From an uncultured Verrucomicrobiae bacterium (lineage in GTDB: Bacteria > Verrucomicrobiota > Verrucomicrobiia > Chthoniobacterales > JAATET01): DNA of 64,000 bases. Of the stretch, positions 10,893 to 22,188 are shown piece by piece. The first letter of the stretch is position 1. Each line of letters begins with the position of its first letter. The stretch spans positions 149,833-213,832 of the forward strand of contig CAVRCI010000003.1 in assembly GCA_963719495.1 (NCBI GenBank). The letters run 5' to 3'. The notes under the pieces are model-generated. The model was not told the origin of the DNA, did not search any database, and worked only from the letters and a program-made list of their open reading frames with translations. Made by a program: the position numbers and the translations under genes.

Positions 10893-11738
10893 ATGGCCAT
10901 CGAAGATACAGACACAGGATTCCAGCTCTACCTCCGTGAAATCGCGAAATTTCCGCTCCTCACCATTCAGGACGAAATCCGCCTCGCCGCGAAGATCAAA
11001 AAAGGAAACGCCGCCGCCCGCTCCGAGATGGTCCGCTGCAATCTCCGTCTCGTGGTCAAGATTGCCCGCGACTACCAAGGTCTCGGCCTCCCGTTGCTCG
11101 ACTTGATTTCCGAAGGGAACATCGGTCTCATGAAAGCCGTCGAGCGCTTCGACCCCGAAAAAGGCGGTAAGCTCAGCACCTACGCCGCGTGGTGGATCAA
11201 GCAGTCGATCAAACGTTCGCTCGCCAATCAAAGCAAGACGATCCGGCTCCCCGTCCACCTCGTCGACAAGATTTCCAAGATCCGCCGCGTCGCCGTCCAG
11301 ATGAGCGAGGAACTCGGTCGCGAACCGACCGATGACGAGCTCGCCGAGGAGATCGGGATCAATCCCGCCAAGGTGGCGCAGCTCAAAACGGCGGCCATCC
11401 GACCAGCATCCCTCGACGCCCCGATCGGTGATGATGAGTCGACGGAATTCGGTGACATCGTCGGCGACGCGGAAGCGATGGACCCCTTCGAGCTCCTCCG
11501 GGACAAGGATTTGCGCGACGAAGTCGGCGATCTCCTCGGAACGCTCGACGACCGCGAGCGCAGCATCATCAACTCGCGTTTCGGCTTGGACGGCGAAAAA
11601 CCCAGCACGTTGGAAGAGGTCGGCGAGCGCTTCGGAGTCACCCGCGAACGCATTCGCCAGCTCCAAAACATCGCCCTCCACAAGATGCGCAAGGCCCTGA
11701 ACAAAAAAGAGAAGCCAAAGCTCGAAGCAATGGTGTAA
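10893..11738 (+). CDS. RNA polymerase sigma-70 family factor (RpoD/RpoS-like, lacking region 1.1)
   Basis: NLRLVVKIA, DLISEGNIGLMKAVERFDP, STYAAWWIKQ, TLEEVGERFGVTRERIRQ. Confidence 0.95.
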   Translation: MAIEDTDTGFQLYLREIAKFPLLTIQDEIRLAAKIKKGNAAARSEMVRCNLRLVVKIARDYQGLGLPLLDLISEGNIGLMKAVERFDPEKGGKLSTYAAWWIKQSIKRSLANQSKTIRLPVHLVDKISKIRRVAVQMSEELGREPTDDELAEEIGINPAKVAQLKTAAIRPASLDAPIGDDESTEFGDIVGDAEAMDPFELLRDKDLRDEVGDLLGTLDDRERSIINSRFGLDGEKPSTLEEVGERFGVTRERIRQLQNIALHKMRKALNKKEKPKLEAMV

Positions 11739-11759
11739 AGGCACAACCGGGCATTTTAG

Positions 11760-11790
11760 AAAGCGACTCCAGCGATGGAGTCGCTTTTTT
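11760..11790 (+). terminator. intrinsic terminator after the sigma factor
   Basis: AAAGCGACTCCA-GCGA-TGGAGTCGCTTT followed by a T run. Confidence 0.85.
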
Positions 11791-12009
11791 GTGTCAGCGC
11801 GAAAGTCCGCAGCGCCAGCTGCGCCATCGTCCAAAAAGATAGGGCAGCCGGGCCCCGGGTGCCGTGACCTTCACACCGCGCATCCAAGCCACGTCGACAC
11901 GCCGCCGTGCGAAAACGCAACCCGGAGTATCCAGGAAAGCCGCCCATACCAAGCAACGCCCCGTCGCAATCGCCGAACCCACCCAGTCCGGCGAAGCCGG
12001 ACAAATCTC

Positions 12010-13386
12010 TTACAACGCAATCGCCGCCCCACCCGGATCCGGCACCACCACCTCGACCCCCGGCAGACCGGCGGCCAACTGTCCGCGGAACCACTCCACC
12101 GCCGGCGGATCCCCGTGAACCAGCACGATCTTCTTCGGCTTCACCCGAAGCGCATAATCCAAGATCCGCTCCCGAGGAGCGTGGGCGCTGAAATTAAACT
12201 CCTTCACCGCACACTCCAGCGGCACCGCCGGTAATCGTCGGTCGAGCAAAACCTCGTCACCCCGCCGACTCCGCCGCACCGCGCCCGACGGCGACTCCGG
12301 GTCCGAATACCCCACGAAGAAGAGACTTTGCTTAGGATCCGGCAAAATCTTCCGGCAGAACTTATTCGAAAGCGTGTTCTCCGTCATCATCCCGCTGGAA
12401 ATCGCGTAAATCGCCCCCGGCTTCACCGCCAAAGCGTGACCCTCCGGACCCGACATCACGTGGGGCGACATCTCGTTGAGCAATTGCAGCGAATTATGAC
12501 TCCGATCCGGGCTCTCCGCCAATCGGTCGTAAGCGGTGGTGATCTTCGTGCTCAGTCCACCGATGAAAAGCGGCACGTGGCGCAGCCGCCCCCGCTTCTG
12601 AGCGTTCCAAAGGATGGCCAGCACTTCCTGAGTCTTCCCGAGCGCAAAAACCGGAATCGTCACGCTGCCTCCGTCCGAAATCGCCTCCTCGATCGCCTCC
12701 ACGAACCGCGCCTCCTCGGCCTTGCGAGTGAAGCCCTCCGCGGAAGGCGAATCGCCCCGCGTCGTCTCCATGATCAACGTGTCGACGCCGTCCTCCGGAA
12801 ATTCCGCCGCCTGCATCAGCGTCTGATCGTTGAAATTCACGTCCCCCGTGTAGAAAACACTCTTCCCCTCGCCGCGCACCATCACCCCGGACGAACCCAG
12901 AATGTGACCCGCGTGATACAGCTCCACCGTGGGCTCGTGACCGTCGCCCCGCCCGCGCTCGCCATCGAGCGTGAACTGCCGATTCGCCGGCACCATCGTC
13001 CACATCTGCTTCGAAAAATCCACGCCCCGGTGCGTGTAAAGCTGCACGTCGGCCAGATTCTCCTCCTCGGCCTGACGGCTCATCACGTTCACCGAATTCC
13101 GCAGCATCATCTCGCCGATTTTGAACGTCCCCTCCGACATGAACACCCGCGCGCTCTGCTCCCGCCGCGTCAGCACCGGCAGCGATCCGATGTGATCCTG
13201 GTGCGCGTGCGTCACCACGATCGCGTCGACGCTACCCTGCGGCACGCGCCCGTACTCCGGCAGCGCTTCCTGACCCCGGCCCTTGGGATGCGTCCCCGCG
13301 TCCAAAATCACCGACTTCCCGCCCACCTTCACCAAGTGGGAACTCGCACCAATCTCCGTCCGGCGCGCCAACGTCACAAATTCCAT
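12010..13386 (-). CDS. MBL-fold beta-CASP ribonuclease
   Basis: THAHQDHIG, AGHILGS, METT, FSAHA and LVHG motifs. Confidence 0.9.
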   Translation of the reverse strand: MEFVTLARRTEIGASSHLVKVGGKSVILDAGTHPKGRGQEALPEYGRVPQGSVDAIVVTHAHQDHIGSLPVLTRREQSARVFMSEGTFKIGEMMLRNSVNVMSRQAEEENLADVQLYTHRGVDFSKQMWTMVPANRQFTLDGERGRGDGHEPTVELYHAGHILGSSGVMVRGEGKSVFYTGDVNFNDQTLMQAAEFPEDGVDTLIMETTRGDSPSAEGFTRKAEEARFVEAIEEAISDGGSVTIPVFALGKTQEVLAILWNAQKRGRLRHVPLFIGGLSTKITTAYDRLAESPDRSHNSLQLLNEMSPHVMSGPEGHALAVKPGAIYAISSGMMTENTLSNKFCRKILPDPKQSLFFVGYSDPESPSGAVRRSRRGDEVLLDRRLPAVPLECAVKEFNFSAHAPRERILDYALRVKPKKIVLVHGDPPAVEWFRGQLAAGLPGVEVVVPDPGGAAIAL

Positions 13387-13551
13387 TCCCCGAGTGATAA
13401 ACCCACGGCCCCCGCCGCGAAACAGAATTTTGGCCCGAGGAGAAGCCGCCGCCCTCCAGATCGCGACCAAACATCCCTAGCGGGTGGAAATCCCGCTCAT
13501 CCAAACCGGAAAATCCCGCAACCAATCCGCGTTTCCGTGGTTCCATCCCCC

Positions 13552-14991
13552 GTGCTCGATCCTCTCCCGCCCTCCGATTGGACCCCCGCCCACGCCGCCC
13601 ACCTCCTCGCCCGCGCGGGATTCGGCGGGACCACCGACGAAATCGCCAGCCTCCACGCCCTCGGATTCGAGGCCGCGGTCGATTCCATCGTCACAGGCGA
13701 CGAGGACGCCGATCTCTTTCCCCCGCCACCCTGGACCGCGGATCCCCGGTCCGTCGCCGCCGTGCTCAACGAGGAACTGGGAAAACCCGCCACCGCCACC
13801 GAGCGGATGGAACGCGCCCGCCAAGTTCGGCGGATCGAGCGCCCCCGCGAGGATGATCTGCTCGTCGGCTGGCTGCGCCGGATGCAATTCACGACGCATC
13901 CGCTGCGCGAAAAGATGACGCTTTTCTGGCACGACCACTTCGCGACCAGCAACCAGAAGGTCCAGGACGCCCACTTCATGTGGGTTCAGAACGAGACCCT
14001 TCGCGCCCGCGCCCTCGGACCCTTCGGCTACCTCCTCGAGGAGATCTCGCGCGACCCCGCCATGCTCAAATGGCTCGATCTCGTTCGCAGCAACAAGAAG
14101 GAGCCGAACGAAAATTTCGCCCGCGAGTTCTTCGAGCTCTTCGCACTCGGCGAAGGCCACTACACCGAAGCCGACATCAAGGAATCCGCCCGAGCGTTCA
14201 CCGGCTACCGCGTCGCCGGCCCGCAACGCCGGTTTCAATTCGCCCCCCGCCAACACGACGGCGGAGACAAGACGATCCTCGGTCAGACCGGTGCCTTCGA
14301 CGGCGACGACGTCGTTCAGCTCGCCCTCGCCAGCCCCGACTGCGCCCCGTTCCTGGCCGGAAAACTCTGGGCCTACTTCGTGTCGGATCAACCCAACCCC
14401 GAAGCCGTCGCCACCCTCGCCACCGAGCTTCGCAGCCACGACTACGAGATCGCCCCCGCCCTCCGCACCCTCTTCCGCTCCGCCGCGTTCCACGATCCCA
14501 GCGTCCGCCGCAATCAAATCAAAAGCCCCGTTCAATGGCTCGTCCACACCTGCAAGATTCTCGAGATTCCGGTGCCCGACGCCCCCATCCTCACCGGCGC
14601 ACTCGCGCAACTTGGCCAACTCCCGTTCATGCCGCCCAACGTCGGCGGCTGGGAATGGGGCCGCTCCTGGATCAATAGCACCACCCTCATCCTGCGCTAC
14701 AACCTCGCCGGATTTCTCCTCGGCTCCCGCGAGAAACCCATCGAAAACCTCTTCAAGCCCGGCAACCACTACGACGCCGCCGTCGAGGAACTCGCCCCCG
14801 CCGCGCTCCGGAAAGAACCCGACGCTCTCGCCGATTCCCTCGTCCGTCGCATCTTCGGCCCCGGGGATTTCGCCAAACTCCGCGACCGCGTCCGTGTCGA
14901 GATCATCACCCTCTCGCCCACCCTCACCGACGACGACATCCGCACCGTCGTCCACCACCTCATGAGCACCCCCGAATACCAACTCACGTGA
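13552..14991 (+). CDS. DUF1800 domain protein
   Basis: AAHLLARAGFG, EKMTLFWHDHFATS, NENFAREFFELF, PPNVGGW, STPEYQL. Start uncertain (GTG). Confidence 0.9.
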   Translation: MLDPLPPSDWTPAHAAHLLARAGFGGTTDEIASLHALGFEAAVDSIVTGDEDADLFPPPPWTADPRSVAAVLNEELGKPATATERMERARQVRRIERPREDDLLVGWLRRMQFTTHPLREKMTLFWHDHFATSNQKVQDAHFMWVQNETLRARALGPFGYLLEEISRDPAMLKWLDLVRSNKKEPNENFAREFFELFALGEGHYTEADIKESARAFTGYRVAGPQRRFQFAPRQHDGGDKTILGQTGAFDGDDVVQLALASPDCAPFLAGKLWAYFVSDQPNPEAVATLATELRSHDYEIAPALRTLFRSAAFHDPSVRRNQIKSPVQWLVHTCKILEIPVPDAPILTGALAQLGQLPFMPPNVGGWEWGRSWINSTTLILRYNLAGFLLGSREKPIENLFKPGNHYDAAVEELAPAALRKEPDALADSLVRRIFGPGDFAKLRDRVRVEIITLSPTLTDDDIRTVVHHLMSTPEYQLT

Positions 14992-15037
14992 GCCATCCGC
15001 AGCCACTCGACAATCGAAACTCGCAAATCGAAAATCC

Positions 15038-16336
15038 ATGAATCTCCACACCCGCCGCCGCTTCCTCCGCACTTCCGTCCTCGGGGGCGCGCTCGCCTCG
15101 ACCCTCCCCGGCTTCGTCCACCGGACCTTTGCCGCCCTCGACGAGACCGCCGCCGCCAACTCCGCGACCGCCATCGCCACCGGTCGCGACAACCCCATCC
15201 TCGTCATCCTCCAGCTCGCGGGCGGCAACGACGGTCTCAACACCGTCATCCCGTTCTCCGACGACGCCTACCACCGCGCCCGGCCGAAGCTCGCCATCTC
15301 CGCCGACAAGGTCCTCCGCGTTTCCGACACCCTCGGTCTGAACCCCCGACTGGCCGGCATCGCCGACCTCATCGCCCAAGGCCAGGGCTCCATCGTCCAG
15401 GGAGTCGGCTACCCGAACCCCAACCGCAGCCACTTTCGCTCCACCGAGATCTGGCAACGCGCCTCCGTCGATGCCAGCGAGTCCAGCGGCTGGGTCGGTC
15501 GCTACTTCGACGCCTGCTGCTCCGGCGAAGATCCCACCGTCGGCGTCGCCATCGGTCGCAGCACCCCCGAAGCCTTCGTCGGCCCGCAACCCCTCGGCGT
15601 CACCCTGGAAAATCCCGGTCGATTTCGGATCATGGACGACCCCGAAGCCTTCGCGCGGGAACTCGCCGCCGCCGGCGAGGACGCGACCGCCGTCGGCGAC
15701 TCCGCCAACGAAGGCGGCTCGATCGAAATGCTCGACGGCGGGAACGAGCCCGTTGGAAGCGCCCTTGATTTCGTCGACCGCGTCGCCCTCGACACGCGCA
15801 TCGCCTCCGACCAAATCCTCGAAATCACCAAAAAGGCGAAGACCAGCACCGAATTCCCCCGCACCCAACTCGGCCAGCAGCTCAAGCTCGTCAGCCAGCT
15901 CATTGCCGGCGGTATGACCACCCGCGTCTACTACGCCGGCCTCGGTGGGTTCGACACGCACGCCGGACAGGAGAACCGCCACGACCAACTGCTCGGCAAC
16001 GTCGACGAATCCGTCACCGCCTTCGTGAAAGACCTCAAAGCCCAGGGCAACTTCGACCGCGTCCTCCTCCTGACCTTCAGCGAATTCGGTCGCCGCGTCG
16101 CCGAGAACGACAGCGGCGGCACCGACCACGGGGCGGCCGCACCGCTCTTCATGGTCGGCGGCGGCATCAAGGGCGGCATCTTCGGAAAAACCCCCAGCCT
16201 CACCGACCTCGACCAGGGCGACGTCCGCTTCAACACCGACTTCCGCGGTGTCTACGCCAGCGTCCTCGAAGACTGGCTCAAAGTGCCCAGCAACAAAATC
16301 CTCGGCGAACAATTCACCAAACTTCCTCTCGTGTAG
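15038..16336 (+). CDS. DUF1501 domain protein with Tat signal
   Basis: RRRFL Tat motif, GGNDGLNT, RSHF, GFDTH, SEFGRR, GTDHG. Confidence 0.9.
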   Translation: MNLHTRRRFLRTSVLGGALASTLPGFVHRTFAALDETAAANSATAIATGRDNPILVILQLAGGNDGLNTVIPFSDDAYHRARPKLAISADKVLRVSDTLGLNPRLAGIADLIAQGQGSIVQGVGYPNPNRSHFRSTEIWQRASVDASESSGWVGRYFDACCSGEDPTVGVAIGRSTPEAFVGPQPLGVTLENPGRFRIMDDPEAFARELAAAGEDATAVGDSANEGGSIEMLDGGNEPVGSALDFVDRVALDTRIASDQILEITKKAKTSTEFPRTQLGQQLKLVSQLIAGGMTTRVYYAGLGGFDTHAGQENRHDQLLGNVDESVTAFVKDLKAQGNFDRVLLLTFSEFGRRVAENDSGGTDHGAAAPLFMVGGGIKGGIFGKTPSLTDLDQGDVRFNTDFRGVYASVLEDWLKVPSNKILGEQFTKLPLV

Positions 16337-16403
16337 TCCGAAGCCCGCTCAAGGAACGGCGATTTGCAATCGCCGCACCACCCCAAAGCGAAGCTCAATG
16401 ACC

Positions 16404-17039
16404 TCACCCCAGCCGCGCAACAACCTCCCGACAATACCCCTCGGGATCCGCCGCCGATAGAATCCCGGAAACGATCACCACCCGCCGCGCTCCCGCCGCC
16501 ACCACCTCCCCCAGATTTTCCGCCTTCACGCCGCCGATGCAAAACACCGGCACCCCCGCCGCCTCGGCGAAGTCCACGACCGCCCGCACGTCCCCCAATC
16601 CAACCGGCGCGTAATCCGGCTTCGTCGGCGTCGCGAAAAGCGGCCCAAACCCGATGTAGTCCGCCCCGGCGGCCACCGCCGCTTTCGCCTGATCGACGCT
16701 GTGCGTCGACTTCCCGATCAGCGCACCGTCTCCCGCGAGCCGCCGCGCCTCCGCCACCGACAAATCATCCTGCCCCACGTGCGCCCCGTCCGCGCCGCAA
16801 CCCGCGACCAAGCCCGCGTGGTCGTTCAGCACAAACGGAACTCCCGCCTCACCGCAAATCGGCGCAACTCGCCGCGCCAATTTCAAAACTTCGTCTTCGC
16901 TCGCCCGCTTCGCCCGCAGCTGAACGATCCCCACACCGCCTGCGATCATCGCCCGAGTCATCGACTCGACGTCGTCCGCCGCCACGTAACCCAAGTCCAG
17001 AATCCCGTAAAGTCGCGCTTCTTTCATCCCGGCCTTCAT
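16404..17039 (-). CDS. thiE: thiamine phosphate synthase
   Basis: VQLRAK, ND...GAHVGQDD, STH, GPLFATPTK, IGG motifs. Confidence 0.95.
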   Translation of the reverse strand: MKAGMKEARLYGILDLGYVAADDVESMTRAMIAGGVGIVQLRAKRASEDEVLKLARRVAPICGEAGVPFVLNDHAGLVAGCGADGAHVGQDDLSVAEARRLAGDGALIGKSTHSVDQAKAAVAAGADYIGFGPLFATPTKPDYAPVGLGDVRAVVDFAEAAGVPVFCIGGVKAENLGEVVAAGARRVVIVSGILSAADPEGYCREVVARLG

Positions 17040-17545
17040 AACCGAAGCGAAGCCGACAATCGATCAGGTTTCCGAAACACAATGACTCGAAGGCCCGCTG
17101 CCGCCTGTGCGACGCCCGTCGCCGCCCGTTTCGCCGACGGCCCTCAACGTCCCGAGCGAGCCAATCATGTTGAGATCACCCATCGGCACAAAAACTTTGA
17201 TCGGAGGCCTGAAGTCGTCCGAGGAACGGCGCGAATCCAGATCGACGGACGGACAGTTCGGCTGAAAGCCGACAACCAACGCCGTTTTTCGCGACCCGTC
17301 GCTGTCGATTGACCGCGGTCAAAAAGCAGCTCGACGGCACGTGACGACTCCGCCAGGAGGGATGTCTCGTCGCCTCGTTCGGGCCGTTTCCTTGAGAATT
17401 GTCGAATAAATCGCCGTAATTCGGTCGGCCAAGCGGGGAGAGGGCGTCCCGCCCTCTCGATTCAAGCGCGAGGACGAGACGTCCTCGCCCCGTTTCCATC
17501 GGTCTCGCGGGCAAGCGGACGATTGGTGAAATCTGCGCCCACCAC

Positions 17546-18916
17546 CTACTCGTCGTCCGTCATATCGAGCGTTCCTTCCTTCAGGCCCTTCTCGATGAAA
17601 CTGGTGTCGTATTTGCCCGCGCGAAAATCCGCGTTGCGCATGATCGCCTGCTGAAACGGGATCGTCGTTTTGATCCCCGTGATCATGTATTCTCCCAGCG
17701 CCCGGTTCATTCGCTCGATGCAGGCTTCCCGCGTCGACGCGATGCAGATCAATTTCGCGATCATCGAATCGTAGTTCGACGGCACCGGGTAGCCGGCGTA
17801 GGCGTGCGAATCGATCCGAACACCCCGTCCGCCCGGCGCGTAGTAAAGTTCGATCTCACCCGGGCAGGGCTGGAAGTTCAACGCGGGATTCTCGGCGTTG
17901 ATCCGGCACTCGATCGCGTGGTGCCGCGGCTTCGCGTCCATCACGAAACTGGAAAGCTTTTCACCCGCGGCGACCTGAATCTGAGCCTTCACGAGATCGC
18001 ACCCGTAAACCTCTTCGGTGATCGGGTGCTCGACCTGGATCCGGGTGTTCATCTCCATGAAGTAGAACTCCCCGGCGTCGTCCACCAGATACTCGATCGT
18101 CCCGGCATTCGTGTAGCCGACCGACTTCGCCAGCTTGATCGAAGCCGCGCCCATCCGCTCGCGCAGCTCCGGCGTCATCAACGGCGAAGGACATTCCTCG
18201 ACGATCTTCTGGTTGCGACGCTGAATCGAACAATCCCGCTCGCCCAGATGCACGACATTCCCGTGCTCGTCGCCGATGATCTGAAATTCGATGTGGTGCG
18301 GCCCGACGATAAATTTTTCGATGTAAACGGCGGGGTTCCCGAACGCCTTGTCGGCCTCGAGCCGCGCACTGTGGTAGCCCTGCACGAGGCTCGCGTCGTT
18401 GTGCGCGATCCGCATCCCTCGACCACCGCCGCCGGCGACCGCTTTGATCATGACGGGAAAGCCGATCCCCCGCGCGACCTTGAGCGCCGTCTGCTCGTCG
18501 TCGACCGTGCCATCGCTGCCGGGCGAGATCGGCACACCGGCCTTACGGGCGCAGGCACGGGCCGAGTTTTTGTCGCCCATCAGTCGAATCGCTTCCGAAG
18601 ACGGCCCGATGAACTCGATGTTGCAGCTCGCGCAGACCTCCGCAAAGTGCGCGTTCTCCGCCAGAAATCCGTAGCCCGGGTGAATCGCTTCGACGTCCGC
18701 GATCTCGGCCGCGCTGATGATCCGGTCGATTTTGAGGTAACTGTCGGAACTCGCCGCGCTCCCGATGCAGATCGCCTCGTCGGCCAGCTGGACGTGGAGC
18801 GAATCGATGTCGGGCTCGGAATAAACCGCGACCGTCTGGATGCCGAGCTCCTTGCAGGCCCGGATGATCCGGAGCGCGATCTCGCCGCGGTTGGCGATCA
18901 GGATTTTTTTGAACAT
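17546..18916 (-). CDS. accC: acetyl-CoA carboxylase biotin carboxylase
   Basis: [30 protein letters not shown]. Confidence 0.97.
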   Translation of the reverse strand: MFKKILIANRGEIALRIIRACKELGIQTVAVYSEPDIDSLHVQLADEAICIGSAASSDSYLKIDRIISAAEIADVEAIHPGYGFLAENAHFAEVCASCNIEFIGPSSEAIRLMGDKNSARACARKAGVPISPGSDGTVDDEQTALKVARGIGFPVMIKAVAGGGGRGMRIAHNDASLVQGYHSARLEADKAFGNPAVYIEKFIVGPHHIEFQIIGDEHGNVVHLGERDCSIQRRNQKIVEECPSPLMTPELRERMGAASIKLAKSVGYTNAGTIEYLVDDAGEFYFMEMNTRIQVEHPITEEVYGCDLVKAQIQVAAGEKLSSFVMDAKPRHHAIECRINAENPALNFQPCPGEIELYYAPGGRGVRIDSHAYAGYPVPSNYDSMIAKLICIASTREACIERMNRALGEYMITGIKTTIPFQQAIMRNADFRAGKYDTSFIEKGLKEGTLDMTDDE

Positions 18917-18929
18917 CGGGGACTGGCGG

Positions 18930-19379
18930 TTACTTGACCCGGAAAAGCGCCTGGCCGAACTGCACCGGCTTGCCGTTCTCCGCCGAGAGCTCCGTGATCG
19001 TGCCGCCGACTTCCGCCTTGATCTCGTTCATCACCTTCATCGCCTCGACGATGCAGACCACGGTGTCGGGAGTCACCACCGAGCCAACCGAAACGTAGGC
19101 CGGAGAATCCGGCGACGGCGAAGCGTAATAAGTGCCGACCATCGGCGAAGTGATCTCCTTGTCGCCGCCACCGACCGAACCAGCGGACTCCGCCTCCGCC
19201 GCGCTCGAAGTCGCGGGAGCGCCGACTGGTGTTGGCGCGTAAGCCATCTGCGGAGCGGCGTAATTCTCGGTCGCGTTGGTCTGAAGGGTAATTTTGAACC
19301 CCTCCTTTTCCATTTTGAAGACGGCGAGGCCGTTCTTCTTCATCAGGTCAATCAGCGCGCGAATTTCTTTAATCTCCAC
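18930..19379 (-). CDS. accB: biotin carboxyl carrier protein
   Basis: SPMVGTYY and EAMK biotinylation motif. GTG start. Confidence 0.95.
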   Translation of the reverse strand: MEIKEIRALIDLMKKNGLAVFKMEKEGFKITLQTNATENYAAPQMAYAPTPVGAPATSSAAEAESAGSVGGGDKEITSPMVGTYYASPSPDSPAYVSVGSVVTPDTVVCIVEAMKVMNEIKAEVGGTITELSAENGKPVQFGQALFRVK

Positions 19380-19430
19380 AGGATACAGTCGGTTGAGACC
19401 CGAGACTTTGTCGCCCGCCCGCCCCAAGCG

Positions 19431-20321
19431 TCAAGTGCCAACCCCCCGCCGCACCCAGACCGTGGACGAAGTGCCGGGCAAAACGCCCTCGCTGGACGGC
19501 GCGCCTTCGTCGACCCGCAACCCCGCCGCAACCCGCCCGAGCGAGTCCCGGTCGAACTCCCGCGAATTCGTCGAGAGCAACATCCGCCCGCCGTCCGCCA
19601 GGACGTCCACCGCCAATTCGACGAGCCGTTCGTAGTCGTCCGCCGCCCGGAAGATCCGCCCGCCCTTCCCCCGCGAAAACGTCGGCGGATCCAGCACCAC
19701 CGCGTCGAACCGCTCGCCGCGCCGCGCCAGCCGCGGCAGCACCGCAAACACGTCGTCGGCGAAAAACCGATGCCGCCCGTCGGCCAACCCGTTCAATTCG
19801 AGATTCCGCCGCCCCGTCTCCAAGGCCTTCGCCGCCAGATCCACGCTCAACGTCTCCGCGCCCGCCCGTGCCGCCGCCACCGAGAACGCGCCCGTGTAGG
19901 CGAAGCAATTGAGCACCCGCCCGGGCCGCACCGATTCCAACCACGCCCGGTTCTCCCGCTGATCGCAAAACAACCCCACCGAGTAGCCCGCCCCGAAATC
20001 GATTTCGAACCGCAACCCCCGCTCCGTCGCCATGCTCCGCGTCCCCGCCCCCGCGTCGCCCTCGACGAGCCGGGGCACGTCGTCCCGCCCCGGTTGCCGG
20101 ACCAGTGTCCGCAAAAAAATCCGCCCCACCCCCAGCCCATTCGCGTCCGCCCAAGCCCGGCACTCCCGCACCATCCCGTCGTCCCCGTCCGGATCGCTCA
20201 CCAAAAAATCCTCCCCGAACCGCTCGATCCAACTCCCCCGGCCGCTCCAGACCCGGTGCGCCGTCGTCCCCTCCGCGGCCAAATCGCGCAACACCGACGC
20301 CGCGATCCAGCCGCTCGTCAC
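19431..20321 (-). CDS. class I SAM-dependent rRNA methyltransferase (RlmI/RlmK-like)
   Basis: GLFCDQRENR, VLNCFAYTGAFS, DPPTF. GTG start overlaps the upstream TGA. Confidence 0.85.
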   Translation of the reverse strand: MTSGWIAASVLRDLAAEGTTAHRVWSGRGSWIERFGEDFLVSDPDGDDGMVRECRAWADANGLGVGRIFLRTLVRQPGRDDVPRLVEGDAGAGTRSMATERGLRFEIDFGAGYSVGLFCDQRENRAWLESVRPGRVLNCFAYTGAFSVAAARAGAETLSVDLAAKALETGRRNLELNGLADGRHRFFADDVFAVLPRLARRGERFDAVVLDPPTFSRGKGGRIFRAADDYERLVELAVDVLADGGRMLLSTNSREFDRDSLGRVAAGLRVDEGAPSSEGVLPGTSSTVWVRRGVGT

Positions 20322-22177
20322 CCACGCCCCTCCGTCGCGAACGGCGGAATCGGACAACCCAGCGTATCCGCCACCGCCCGCAGCAAAGCCCCCTGCCGCG
20401 GCTCGATCACCCCGTCCGCCATCACCACCCGGCCGCAGGCTTCCAGAATCACCCGCTTCGTCGCCCCATCCGTCTGCGCCAGCCGGTCCAGCGCCCCATC
20501 GACGTCCCCCAGCCGCATCCCCTCGGTCCGCTCCACCCGGCCCGCGTTCGACCCGAGCTCCAGCGCGGCGACCCCCGCGCGAAACGCCGCCTCGCGCTGC
20601 CCCTCATCCTCCGCGTCGAACCACGCGAGCGCGGACATGACCGTCTCCACTTCATCCACCACGTCGCCCACGGACCGGAACCGCACCGCCGGCTCGCCCC
20701 GCTTCGTGAAATACCCGTCCAAATGCCGCGTGAGCGCCTTCTGCAGCACGTATTCGAACAAATCCACCTGCCCGTCCGCGTCGACCAGCCGCCGCACGTT
20801 CGCGCGAAAAACCCCATACTGCTCCGGCGACATCTTCCGCAGCGCCGGCAAACACAGATCCACCGTGTGCAACCAAGCCTCCCCCGGGATCTCCGACCGC
20901 CGCTCGACATCGGCCAGCACCTGCCGCCGCTGCGCCTCGTCAGCCTTGAGACCCTTCACCTGCCGATCCCGCGTGTCGTCGTCCGCGCTCAACAGCAGCG
21001 AATAAATCAGACTCACCGCCGCCCCGGTCTCCCGCGCCGCCACCCGCGAGAAGTCCGGCATCGCGGCCAACGCCGCCCCCGCCACGGCCAACGTCCGCGC
21101 GTCCAAAACCCCCGCGCCATCGGTCCAGCCGCCCCGTTTCCGAGCCGGTTTCTCCGTCTCCGGCGAAGGCTGCCGCTCGACCGGCGACCGCACCGCCGCC
21201 GGATCGAATCCCGGCGCGATCGCCGCGATCCGCGCGTCGATCGGCGGATGCGTCGCAAACATCCCGGCCAGCGCCTCCCCCAGCCCGTTCCCAAAGAACA
21301 AATGACTCGCCTCCTCCGCCCGCGGCGTCTCGAGCCGCGAGGTCGCCCGCCCGATTTTGAACAATGCCCCGGCGATCCCGTCCGGATTTCGCGTGAACTG
21401 CACCGCCGACGCGTCGGCCAGAAATTCCCGCTGACGGCTCACCGCCGCCTTGATCAACCGCGCAAAGAACGCCCCGACCGACCCGACCACCAACAGCGCA
21501 ATCCCGATCACGAAGATCGGCAACTGCCCCCCACCCCCGGTCGAATCCCGGCTCGACCGCGCCCGCCCACCCGCGAAAAACCCCGTTCGAAACAAGATGT
21601 TCCCCAGGATCGCCAGCAGAAGAATCCCGTTCAGCGCCCCGATCAGCCGGATATTCAGCCGCATATCCCCGTTGAGGATGTGACTGAACTCGTGCGCCAC
21701 CACGCCCTGCAGCTCATCACGCGTGAGGGCGTTCAGCGTCCCGCGAGTGACCGCGACCACCGCGTCGCCCGGCTGATTCCCCGCCGCGAACGCGTTGATC
21801 CCATCCTCGCCCGGCAGCACGTAAATGTCCGGCACCGGCAGCCCCGAAGCGATCGCCATCTCCTCGACGACGTTGCGCAGTTGCACCTCCTTCGGGTCCG
21901 TCGTGTGCGGATCGATCTGTTGCCCGCCCAGCATCTCGGCGACCACCCCGCCGCCCTGCGAGAGTTCGAAGATCTTGAACAGCGACCCGAGTCCGACCAC
22001 CACGATGACCCCACCCGAGATCATCGCCAACAATCGCGGATCCAGCAGACTCTCGCCCATCGCCAGAGCCAGCACGACCTGCAGCACCGCGATGATCCCA
22101 ATCACCGCCAGGATGAAGTAAAAAATCAGCCACCCGGTGTTCCGCTTGGCCCGTTCCTGATGTTCGAAAAAATCCAT
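20318..22177 (-). CDS. M48 (HtpX-like) metalloprotease with C-terminal helical extension
   Basis: INAFAAG, HEFSH, REFLADA, ATHPP motifs. Confidence 0.9.
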   Translation of the reverse strand: MDFFEHQERAKRNTGWLIFYFILAVIGIIAVLQVVLALAMGESLLDPRLLAMISGGVIVVVGLGSLFKIFELSQGGGVVAEMLGGQQIDPHTTDPKEVQLRNVVEEMAIASGLPVPDIYVLPGEDGINAFAAGNQPGDAVVAVTRGTLNALTRDELQGVVAHEFSHILNGDMRLNIRLIGALNGILLLAILGNILFRTGFFAGGRARSSRDSTGGGGQLPIFVIGIALLVVGSVGAFFARLIKAAVSRQREFLADASAVQFTRNPDGIAGALFKIGRATSRLETPRAEEASHLFFGNGLGEALAGMFATHPPIDARIAAIAPGFDPAAVRSPVERQPSPETEKPARKRGGWTDGAGVLDARTLAVAGAALAAMPDFSRVAARETGAAVSLIYSLLLSADDDTRDRQVKGLKADEAQRRQVLADVERRSEIPGEAWLHTVDLCLPALRKMSPEQYGVFRANVRRLVDADGQVDLFEYVLQKALTRHLDGYFTKRGEPAVRFRSVGDVVDEVETVMSALAWFDAEDEGQREAAFRAGVAALELGSNAGRVERTEGMRLGDVDGALDRLAQTDGATKRVILEACGRVVMADGVIEPRQGALLRAVADTLGCPIPPFATEGRG

Positions 22178-22188
22178 CCCGCGCTCCG

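Noticed and set aside
13552..16336. DUF1800-DUF1501 pair as a novel system
   Set aside because: A widespread, already recognised gene pair with host-like composition.
17040..17545. TPP riboswitch upstream of thiE
   Set aside because: AACCTGAT occurs on the minus strand near 17063-17070, but the CTGAGA and ATAATGCCAGCG-like elements are absent.
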